Virus record (IMG/VR): IMGVR_UViG_3300005144_000020
Span: 1 to 27,681 of that record
DNA: 27,681 nucleotides
DNA from: a virus
Taxonomy: Duplodnaviria; Caudoviricetes
Reading direction: 5' to 3' (one strand)
Both the position numbers and the translations under genes were made by a program. The notes under the pieces are model-generated. The model was not told the origin of the DNA. It did no database searches and worked only from the letters and a program-made list of their open reading frames with translations. Shown here piece after piece: positions 1-6,973 of the stretch. Position 1 is the stretch's first letter. Each line of letters starts with the position of its first letter.

Positions 1-2
1 CG

Positions 3-725
3 GCGATCACTCCGGAGCGGTTCACTCGAATAACTTTGTCTGCCCTATCGGCCAACCCTAAACTAGCCCAGACGACGCCTCAAAGCTTTCTGGCAGCCAT
101 GATGAATGCCGCGCAGCTGGGCGTTGAACCGAACACACCGTTAGGGCAGGCTTATCTGATTCCTTACTTGAACAAAGGGAGCCTGGATTGCCAATTCCAG
201 CTTGGCTATAAAGGGCTGATTGACTTGGCTCACCGCAGCGGCGAGATTAACAGCATCGAAGCCCGGGTGGTCTATGAAAAGGATGAGTTCGACTTTGAAT
301 ATGGTCTGCATTCGGATCTTAAGCATAAACCTGCAAAAGCCGATCGTGGAGAGCCGATTTGGTTTTACGCTCTTTTCAAGACCAAAGACGGCGGCTCTTG
401 TTTCGAGGTATCAAGCGTCGAGGATATCCGACAGCATGCGAAGAAATACAGCCAGTCCTATAACAGCGCCTACAGTCCTTGGATTAAGAACTTTGAGGAG
501 ATGGCAAAGAAAACGGTCTTGAAGTCGGTTTTGAAATACGCGCCATTGAAATCCGACTTCGTTCGAGCCTGTGCTTCCGATGAAACGATCAAGACACAAA
601 TCGACAAAGATATGTATGAAGTGCCGGTGGCATATTTTGAAGCGGATTATTCGGTCACTGAGGAAAGCAATCAAGCGAATAATGAAAATGGCCAAGACTG
701 CGAAAATGGAGAGATCAGTAATTAG
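3..725 (+). CDS. recT: RecT-family single-strand annealing protein (5' end outside window)
   Basis: Frame open from base 3 (AITPERFTRI...). Motifs AAQLGVEPNTPLGQAYLIPY, QFQLGYKGLIDLAHRSG and EEMAKKTVLK are typical of RecT. Confidence 0.93.
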   Translation, partial: AITPERFTRITLSALSANPKLAQTTPQSFLAAMMNAAQLGVEPNTPLGQAYLIPYLNKGSLDCQFQLGYKGLIDLAHRSGEINSIEARVVYEKDEFDFEYGLHSDLKHKPAKADRGEPIWFYALFKTKDGGSCFEVSSVEDIRQHAKKYSQSYNSAYSPWIKNFEEMAKKTVLKSVLKYAPLKSDFVRACASDETIKTQIDKDMYEVPVAYFEADYSVTEESNQANNENGQDCENGEISN

Positions 726-741
726 CGATGATTGCTCAAAG

Positions 742-770
742 TCCATGCGGGGGAGCGATCCCCCCGTGGA
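742..770 (+). other. GC-rich hairpin with GCGA (GNRA) tetraloop between recT and the initiator gene
   Basis: tccatg-c-ggggga/gcga/tcccccc-gtgga. No U-tract, so function is unclear. Confidence 0.5.
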
Positions 771-795
771 GATAATCTGAAGGAGGCGAAGCTGC

Positions 796-1377
796 TTGGT
801 AAGGCCACAGAAAGAGGGATTATCTTACTTCTCTTTTGATGTGGATCTGTATGAGGACCTCAAAATCGACGAATTGTCGAATGAGCATGGGCCGTTAGGT
901 GAATCAATTTATATCCGGATCCTTTGCATGATCTATCGGGATAAGGGCTATTATCTCGAAGTTGAGATTGACAGATTAGCGATTAAATTGATTAAATCCA
1001 TGGGAAACCGATGGGTGCGGTCTAAAGAAGCGGTCAAACAAGTGATCCTCTATTGTGCGGATATAGGTCTATTCCAAAAAGGCCTCTTGTCGCAAGGCGT
1101 GATCACCTCTGTCGGTATCCAGCGGCGTTACCTGAAAGCCAAAGGACGTAGACCAAACATATCTGACTATTGGTTGCTCGATGAAAAAAATGAGGAGCCT
1201 TATATAAATTCACCCAAAACCCCGAGTTTTGAGATGCAAAACAGAGTTATGGACCCGAAAACCCCCTGTTTTGCCTTCAATAATCCCACAAAGAAAAGTA
1301 AAGTAAATAAAAGAAAAGAAAATAATATACTACGTCCTGTTGAAAGAGGGAATAGGAACTGGGAAGGTGTTGTATGA
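796..1377 (+). CDS. Phage replication initiator, Lin1244/Lin1753-like N-terminal domain (DUF4373)
   Basis: N-terminal RPQKEGLSYFSFDVD...G..IYIRILCMIY..GYY and ITSVGIQRRY motifs. AGGAGG RBS upstream of TTG. Ends shortly after the KSKVNKRKEN linker. Confidence 0.85.
   Translation: MVRPQKEGLSYFSFDVDLYEDLKIDELSNEHGPLGESIYIRILCMIYRDKGYYLEVEIDRLAIKLIKSMGNRWVRSKEAVKQVILYCADIGLFQKGLLSQGVITSVGIQRRYLKAKGRRPNISDYWLLDEKNEEPYINSPKTPSFEMQNRVMDPKTPCFAFNNPTKKSKVNKRKENNILRPVERGNRNWEGVV
1213..1330. promoter_or_regulatory. Putative phage replication origin (21-bp-period iterons plus A-rich tract)
   Basis: cccaaaaccccgagttttgag / atgcaaaacagagttatggac / ccgaaaaccccctgttttgcc, followed by aaagaaaagtaaagtaaataaaagaaaagaaaat, all inside the initiator gene. 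Confidence 0.6.
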
Positions 1378-1697
1378 GCAAAAATAGCCGTAACAAGGGG
1401 AAGACCGGTGAACGTGAATTTGCCAAGCTGTGCCGGGATCACGGCTATGACTGCCGACGAGGACAGCAGTTTAGTGGCATAGAAGGTGAGGATGTTGTCG
1501 GTCTTCCTGGAGTCCATATCGAGGTCAAGAGGGTTGAGGCATTGAACGTCGGCCTTGCTATGGAGCAGTCTGTGAGGGATTGCCAAGGCAAGGTGCCAAT
1601 CGTGGCACATAGAAAAAATGGCAAGTCATGGCTGGTGACCATGCTTGCCGAAGATTGGTTTGAAGTGGTAAAGAATTATAAATTAGACTCATTTTAA
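1374..1697 (+). CDS. Hjc-like PD-(D/E)XK Holliday junction resolvase
   Basis: SRNKGKTGERE...D(V)V...HIEVKR motifs; position in the replication module; ATGA overlap with the upstream gene. Confidence 0.8.
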   Translation: MSKNSRNKGKTGEREFAKLCRDHGYDCRRGQQFSGIEGEDVVGLPGVHIEVKRVEALNVGLAMEQSVRDCQGKVPIVAHRKNGKSWLVTMLAEDWFEVVKNYKLDSF

Positions 1698-1789
1698 CGA
1701 TCCCTGAACAAATTACCAAATTAGTACGGGGACTCATCGTGAGTCACCATCTTTTATAAAAGGACTAAATAATTTTCGGAATACAAATA

Positions 1790-2578
1790 TCAGACGTCCT
1801 TAACGCAGATATTAAAAAAGGACATACCATAATCTGTGATTTCTATGTGTCCTTCTTTTTCTATGGTTTTCCGATCAGCACTGTCCTTAAAAGTATCTCT
1901 GACGGACAAATAGAAGCGAGATTTCCTCACATGATCATAGTTACTCTTTTCAACATAGGATTTATCATCCAATATTTGAATAAGACCACATTTCTGTAGA
2001 TTATCGAGAGAAACGCTTATATGATTCATTGTTGCAAAAGGCAACCATGTTAAATGACGAGCAAGAGTTTTTTCACCTTTCCCATCTACACTTTTTGAAA
2101 CAAAACTGATAATTGGTCTTACATCCGATTCACAAATTGATTTTAAAACATTAGCATCTAATGGTGAAATTTGTTTAATAATATCAACGAATGAAGGATG
2201 AACATTTATTTTTTCGTCCATGTTCATGGATCTGGCAATTAAATTTGCATACATATTTCGAAGTTCTTCACTGTCCATTGAATAAGATAGTGCCTGAATA
2301 GCAGGAACCGCAACATAGGGTTCAGGGGACACGATTTTTTCAGGATCAATCTTATCAAGTTTAATTGCCAAGAGCTTTTTTGTTTCTTCAACAGCATATT
2401 CTCGGTTTGCAATCCAGATATCTAAGGGGCTCAGGGCTGCATTTATTGCTCGCGGGATTCTACCAAGGAAGTTGCCAGTTTGTGTTACTGTCGCTTTTAT
2501 CCCATCACCATATATCTCGGGGACAGTATCTAGCACTTTTCCTGCAGAGTCTAGAAATTTATCCGCACCTTCAAACAT
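1790..2578 (-). CDS. DUF4393 / Abi-alpha-like protein (putative abortive infection)
   Basis: PEPYVAVPAIQALSYSMDSEELRNMYANLIA..M....VHPSFVDIIKQISPLDA and SLDNLQKCGLI...ITDYGMSF motifs. AT-rich, opposite strand, GAGGTG RBS. Confidence 0.85.
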   Translation of the reverse strand: MFEGADKFLDSAGKVLDTVPEIYGDGIKATVTQTGNFLGRIPRAINAALSPLDIWIANREYAVEETKKLLAIKLDKIDPEKIVSPEPYVAVPAIQALSYSMDSEELRNMYANLIARSMNMDEKINVHPSFVDIIKQISPLDANVLKSICESDVRPIISFVSKSVDGKGEKTLARHLTWLPFATMNHISVSLDNLQKCGLIQILDDKSYVEKSNYDHVRKSRFYLSVRDTFKDSADRKTIEKEGHIEITDYGMSFFNICVKDV

Positions 2579-2730
2579 AAAATCACCTCAACCACTTAAT
2601 TTTATATTTATTATAATATACAAGCTTGAAATGAACCATAAAAATATATAAGGTCAATAGATCAAAAGACGGTCAGCAGGAAGATTTTCGAAAATATATG
2701 TCTTAAATATAAAAAAAGGAGATGCTATTA

Positions 2731-3126
2731 TTGAACAAATCCGAACTAAAAAATTATCGGGAAATTGTTCGTGGCGCCGAGAAGCTTGCTGAGGAAATTG
2801 AGCGGCTTCGCTGTAAAGCTGAAGGTCGAACCAGACCTGATGGAATGCCGCATGGCAACTGCTCGGAAGATAGATTGTCCGGCATCGTTGCCCAAATAGT
2901 CGACCTGAGCAAGCTGCTAGAAGGGAAACAGGAGAGTCTTATTTTCAGAAGGAAACAGATAGAGGATGCAATTGATCAACTGAACCCGAGAGAACAGATT
3001 TTGATTAGGTTAAAATACCTACATAGCTTAAGCTGGAATCAGGTTGCTCAAGAGCTCAATTATTCAGTCCGGCAGGTCACGAGGCTACATGGAGAGATAA
3101 TTAAAAAAATGGTCAGAGATATCTAA
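2731..3126 (+). CDS. ArpU/RinA/DUF1492-like late transcriptional activator (sigma70 region 4-like HTH)
   Basis: C-terminal REQILIRLKYLHSLSWNQVAQELNYSVRQVTRLH. AAGGAG abuts ATG 2722, so TTG 2731 is the more plausible start. Confidence 0.85.
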   Translation: MNKSELKNYREIVRGAEKLAEEIERLRCKAEGRTRPDGMPHGNCSEDRLSGIVAQIVDLSKLLEGKQESLIFRRKQIEDAIDQLNPREQILIRLKYLHSLSWNQVAQELNYSVRQVTRLHGEIIKKMVRDI

Positions 3127-3229
3127 AAAATATGCAAATTCCTATAATAGACATCTTCAAATATATATCTATTTCTTCAAGTTTCACAGAAACAACTCGA
3201 CTTAGTAAACAAAACATATCTGCCATATA

Positions 3230-3274
3230 CGAAAAGAAAGAGCCTGTTCAAAGGGAACATGCTCTTTCTTTTCG
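3230..3274. terminator. Bidirectional intrinsic terminator between the activator and hicB
   Basis: 14-bp inverted repeat cgaaaagaaagagc...gctctttcttttcg with inner tgttc/gaaca stem, between convergent genes. Confidence 0.75.
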
Positions 3275-3301
3275 AGGGTGGACCAGGAGCACCTTGCGCC
3301 T

Positions 3302-3739
3302 TTAAGCGTTAAGTGCTCCCATTGCTTTTTTTCGCTTTTTCGGTTCGAGTCCCAAATATTGCTTTAGAGCTTCTTGAAGGAGTTGAGAAAATGGTGCATT
3401 GAACAATTCGGCTTGATAATCGAGCCAGGCAGGAATTGTTACAGTTTTCCGAACTGCTCTTGAATCATTTTCCCTTCGATAAGCATCAGTATCCGCGACT
3501 ATTAAATTCACAATACTGTCTTCTGGACGTTTTTGTGATATCAATTCAATCCCTGATGCTTGAGGTATTGCTTCTTTCTTGTTCTCGGCGTCCCATAACC
3601 ACATTTCGATAGCATCCTTTGCCATATCGAGAGCCTCGGAGAGATTTTCACCATAAGTTACGCAACCAGGCAAATCAGGTACTATAACCTGATATCCTTC
3701 TGGTGCAGGCGTAAGAACTGCAGCATATACATACTTCAT
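3302..3739 (-). CDS. hicB: HicB antitoxin
   Basis: MKYVYAAVLTP..EGYQVIVPDLPGCVTYGENLSEALDMAKDA; C-terminal VRKTVTIPAWL...FSQLLQEAL (RHH-like). Confidence 0.95.
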   Translation of the reverse strand: MKYVYAAVLTPAPEGYQVIVPDLPGCVTYGENLSEALDMAKDAIEMWLWDAENKKEAIPQASGIELISQKRPEDSIVNLIVADTDAYRRENDSRAVRKTVTIPAWLDYQAELFNAPFSQLLQEALKQYLGLEPKKRKKAMGALNA

Positions 3740-3891
3740 AGCCTTGCGCCCCTTTCTGTTTTGTTTTTCATTATTTTACGCATTTCGTTCACTTATTTCT
3801 GTTTTGCTATTTTATAATTTTCGCTATTTTGATTTTCTGCTTTTTTCATCTATTCATTTTTTCTGCGTTCTCTCGTATGACTGCCTTGCTT

Positions 3892-4077
3892 TTAGTCTTC
3901 AATACCAGCCTGCTTCAGTATGGCCTGCGCTGTACCGATTGGTATGTCTCCTTTATGACGCGGTATAGGAACTTTTTTACCAGGATGATCTTTGTGGATT
4001 GCTAGATGATGCTTTTTACCTTCTATAATTTCCCATCCAGCATTTCTGAGTATTTTGATGATATCTCTTACAGTCAT
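3892..4077 (-). CDS. hicA: HicA mRNA interferase toxin
   Basis: 61 aa: RDIIKILRNAGWEIIEGKKHH...VPIPRHKGDIPIGTAQAILKQAGI; upstream of hicB. Confidence 0.93.
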   Translation of the reverse strand: MTVRDIIKILRNAGWEIIEGKKHHLAIHKDHPGKKVPIPRHKGDIPIGTAQAILKQAGIED

Positions 4078-4109
4078 TTACCACCCCCTTAAAGCCTGGT
4101 TCAGTTATT

Positions 4110-4167
4110 ATACTATACGTATTAAAACGTATTGTCAATATTTTCGATACGTTTTAATACGTATAGT
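4110..4167 (-). promoter_or_regulatory. hicAB promoter with two palindromic operators
   Basis: Perfect 21-bp inverted repeat (4112-4132 / 4147-4167); each arm contains ATACGT-N6-ACGTAT. Minus-strand TTGACA (4138-4133), 17 bp, TAGTAT (4115-4110). Confidence 0.75.
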
Positions 4168-4342
4168 GTCAATCTGGAAGCAACCACTATGATAGTTTAG
4201 TATCCAACACCAATTTGAAATTGCTATTGCCGCACTCTGCAACAAAACGATGATGATATCTTCATAAAAAGTAGTGAATTGAAAATCTACTTGATTGACT
4301 ATAGAGAAAATTACAATGTCGTTTGGAGACAAACTCGAGAAG

Positions 4343-4383
4343 ATGTCCAACAATGTCCAAGAAAAATAAGGTAATGTTATATT
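4343..4383 (+). promoter_or_regulatory. Putative activator-dependent late promoter
   Basis: Tandem ATGTCCAA repeats at 10-bp period (4343, 4353) and an extended -10 TGnTATATT (4375-4383), upstream of the HNH/terminase operon. Confidence 0.5.
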
Positions 4384-4496
4384 GTGAGGAGGTATCCAAT
4401 ACCAAGGATTCCTTCCTATAGGGTTTGCAACGATGCGGCCCTTTTTGTTTAGGCTGCATCGTTTGTTGGGCAGTAGCCAGATGTATTGAGGCGAGC

Positions 4497-4598
4497 ATGG
4501 CGCAAGACTTTGCGAAGCAATTCTATAAATCAATGGCGTGGCAGAAATGCAGGGCAGAATATATCGCCAGCATGAATGGGTTATGTCAGCGCTGTTTA
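4497..4598 (+). pseudogene. Truncated duplicate of the 5' end of the HNH packaging endonuclease gene
   Basis: MAQDFAKQFYKSMAWQKCRAEYIASMNGLCQRCL matches the protein at 5604 at 26/34 residues, then diverges before the HNH motif. Confidence 0.85.
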
Positions 4599-4754
4599 GC
4601 CGATTATTTGGGCAGCAACAAGAACAAATGCAGAAGCTGCCTAATAAAAGGCCCAAAAATCACTACGCATTTACAGGTATTACCGCCCAAAATACCAGAG
4701 CCTATTCCCACAAGATAGATACTTAGCATGTAATGCCGATCCCAAATGAGATTT

Positions 4755-5228
4755 TCATCCGAAATGATGTTCCGCGATTACATAAATCACTTTGTATCCC
4801 CATGTTGGAAAAACAGGATATTTCTTCGCGTCATCCGCCGTGGCAAGTCTCACAGTTTCATAACCCCTTTGAAGCCATGTATTCTCTGAGTATATTCCTT
4901 CTGATACAAATATATCAGGTTGTATTTCATCCAAATCTAAACTTCTTATACCTAAAATGACTTTACCTGTCTCACGTATTGTTTTGATGTGGACATCACC
5001 TTGAGCAATAGTCTTCCTGCCCTTTAGAGACTCTGCGGTCGGTGGTTCATCACTAATCCAATCCATAAGTCCTGCCAAAAAACACGTTGTTCGTTTATCC
5101 CCTTTGGGGGGTAGTTGAATAACACGCCCACATGCAAATCTTCCTGATTTTAGTGGGATTGCCCAGTATTGCCCTGGTAATAGCACTTTGTTAGATTTTA
5201 CTTCTAAGGGATAATGTGCTATTTCCAT
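4755..5228 (-). CDS. Imm26-like polymorphic toxin immunity protein
   Basis: PGQYWAIPLKSGRFACGRVI N-terminal motif resembles Imm26. GGAGG RBS precedes ATG 5228. Confidence 0.65.
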   Translation of the reverse strand: MEIAHYPLEVKSNKVLLPGQYWAIPLKSGRFACGRVIQLPPKGDKRTTCFLAGLMDWISDEPPTAESLKGRKTIAQGDVHIKTIRETGKVILGIRSLDLDEIQPDIFVSEGIYSENTWLQRGYETVRLATADDAKKYPVFPTWGYKVIYVIAEHHFG

Positions 5229-5314
5229 AATAAATCCTCCCAATTTCTATACGGTATCCGATTTTATTGTTTTAGATCAAATCACCATATTTTAGATGTG
5301 CTGATTGTTTCTTC

Positions 5315-5421
5315 AAAGTGAAAATAACCTGTACGGTTTACACAGATTATCTCTGTTTTCGAAGTTGATTTCGAACCAAGCTATAACCGCTGGGCCTGAT
5401 GTTAGCGCATCAGGTCCTTCT
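5315..5421 (-). ncRNA. Putative ~105-nt structured small RNA (type I antitoxin-like, or leader of the Imm26 gene)
   Basis: Minus-strand TATAAT at 5433-5428; 5' hairpin GGACCUGAUG-CGCUAA-CAUCAGGCCC; middle UUCGAA stem; 12-bp stem agataatctgtg/tacaggttattt that is fully paired (with G-U pairs) only on this strand. Confidence 0.4.
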
Positions 5422-5476
5422 ATGTCTATTATATCTGTCTTTGTTAAAATCAAAACTCTTTTCTCACAATCCACAA

Positions 5477-5516
5477 AAAGAATAAGGGGCCCCAGTTTCG
5501 ATACCTCTTATTCTTT
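5477..5516. terminator. Probable bidirectional terminator hairpin
   Basis: aaagaataag(ggg)...(cct)cttattcttt inverted repeat. Confidence 0.55.
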
Positions 5517-5603
5517 AAACCGTTTTGACAAACAAAAACACTTTATGCATTACTTATTGGAACCATTTACCCAGAGATGCGACCCCTTTTATTTGAGGCG
5601 AAC

Positions 5604-5915
5604 ATGGCACAAGACTATGCAAAGCAGTTCTATAGATCACAAGAATGGCAGAAATGCAGAGTGGGATATATCGCAAACGTAAACGGGTTGTGTCAGCGTT
5701 GCTTAAGGGTGGGAAGGATCACACCAGGCAAGATAGTCCATCACAAGACAAAACTGACCGCAGAGAACATCAAGGACCAAAGCATTTCCTTAGGATGGGA
5801 CAACCTTGAATTGCTCTGCCAGGACTGCCACAATTACACTCATCACGGATCTGGAAAGGGCAGCACCCAGGATGGCTTATGCTTTAATGAGCGCGGTGAA
5901 TTAATAAGACTCTAA
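5604..5915 (+). CDS. Terminase-associated HNH endonuclease (HK97 gp74-like)
   Basis: CQRC...IVHHK...WDNLELLCQDCHNYTH; located just upstream of the terminase genes. Confidence 0.92.
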   Translation: MAQDYAKQFYRSQEWQKCRVGYIANVNGLCQRCLRVGRITPGKIVHHKTKLTAENIKDQSISLGWDNLELLCQDCHNYTHHGSGKGSTQDGLCFNERGELIRL

Positions 5916-5980
5916 TTTGGGGCTTGTCAGATAGACACTGGCCGCCTCTTTTTTTATTTATAAATAAAGGAGAGGTTAAA

Positions 5981-6472
5981 ATGGAGACATGGAAAGACGC
6001 CCTAGGATATGAAGGATTATACAGGGTGAGCAGCCTGGGGCGCGTAAAAAACAACAGTGGGCATATATTATCTCCTGTGGACAATGGAAATGGATATTTA
6101 AGATATAACCTTTCTAAGGGCAAAAGGAACTACGCCACAAAATACTTACACAGGCTGGTTGCTGAAGCATTCATACCCAATCCAAACAACCTTCCAGAGA
6201 TTAACCACAAAGACGAAAACAAACGCAATAACGCCATTGATAATCTCGAATGGTGCACGACACAATACAACCGAAGTTACGGAACGAGAATACAAAGATA
6301 CTCAGAAAAGAATAAGAAGAAAACAATAGGCATAAGCCTAGTCAATAAAAGCATCATAGTCTTAAATGGGGCTGTTGATGCGGAGCGCCTTGGCTTAAAT
6401 AAAAGCGCGGTGTCTAATTGTGCACAGGGACTAAGCAAAAGCAGCGGTGGATACAAGTGGCAGTATGTTTAA
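5981..6472 (+). CDS. NUMOD4/HNH homing endonuclease with C-terminal NUMOD1-like domain
   Basis: METWKDALGYEGLYRVSSLGRVK, LHRLVAEAFIPNP..INHKDENKRNN...NLEWCT, SSGGYKWQY. AGGAGAGG RBS precedes ATG 5981. Confidence 0.92.
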   Translation: METWKDALGYEGLYRVSSLGRVKNNSGHILSPVDNGNGYLRYNLSKGKRNYATKYLHRLVAEAFIPNPNNLPEINHKDENKRNNAIDNLEWCTTQYNRSYGTRIQRYSEKNKKKTIGISLVNKSIIVLNGAVDAERLGLNKSAVSNCAQGLSKSSGGYKWQYV

Positions 6473-6487
6473 GTAGATGAACGCACA

Positions 6488-6580
6488 CTCCCCCCATTGA
6501 AATGGCAAATACTTTGTGAAGAGTGACCGATGAGTGCCCTTTCAAAAAATACGCAGGACGTGCGCGAAGCCCCCTGCCCC
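6488..6580. other. Probable cos/packaging site region
   Basis: Non-coding segment with C-runs and gaccgatg...acgcaggacgtgcgcg, between HNH and terS as in cos-type siphoviruses. The exact cut site cannot be determined. Confidence 0.35.
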
Positions 6581-6598
6581 AAAAAAGAGGTGATATTT

Positions 6599-6973
6599 TT
6601 GAGCGGTTCTGAGGTTTTAACAAAACAAGCGCGAATCTCAAACGAAGAAAAGCGACTTCGAAGAATCTATAAAAACATACCAAAAGATAGCAAGGCGATC
6701 ATCGACGGACTGATCCAGCGGGCCGCTTATATGCGCACAACCCTGGAGGACTATGAGGCTGACCTTGACGAGAAGGGCTATGTCGAGCTATTTACCCAGT
6801 CCGATAAGTGCGAACCCTATGAAAGGGAGCGACCGGTCGCAAGGCTCTATAACTCGATGAATAAGAATTATCAGTGCATCATCAAACAGCTGTCCGACCT
6901 CGTCCCCAAGGTTGAGATCAAGCCCAAGGATGACGGATTCGACAGCTTCATCGGTGGACGTGATGACCTGTGA
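6599..6973 (+). CDS. terS: Terminase small subunit
   Basis: LIQRAAYMRTTLEDYE...ERERPVARLYNSMNKNY; overlaps the terL start. GAGGTG RBS favours TTG 6599. Confidence 0.8.
   Translation: MSGSEVLTKQARISNEEKRLRRIYKNIPKDSKAIIDGLIQRAAYMRTTLEDYEADLDEKGYVELFTQSDKCEPYERERPVARLYNSMNKNYQCIIKQLSDLVPKVEIKPKDDGFDSFIGGRDDL

Noticed and set aside
4135-4726. Overlapping ORFs 4135-4656, 4262-4498, 4425-4718 and 4538-4726
   Set aside because: They overlap the promoter region and the HNH fragment; only the 34-codon HNH duplicate has support.
5916-6490. Group I intron around the NUMOD4 endonuclease
   Set aside because: The flanking genes are uninterrupted and the non-coding margins are too short for a ribozyme core.
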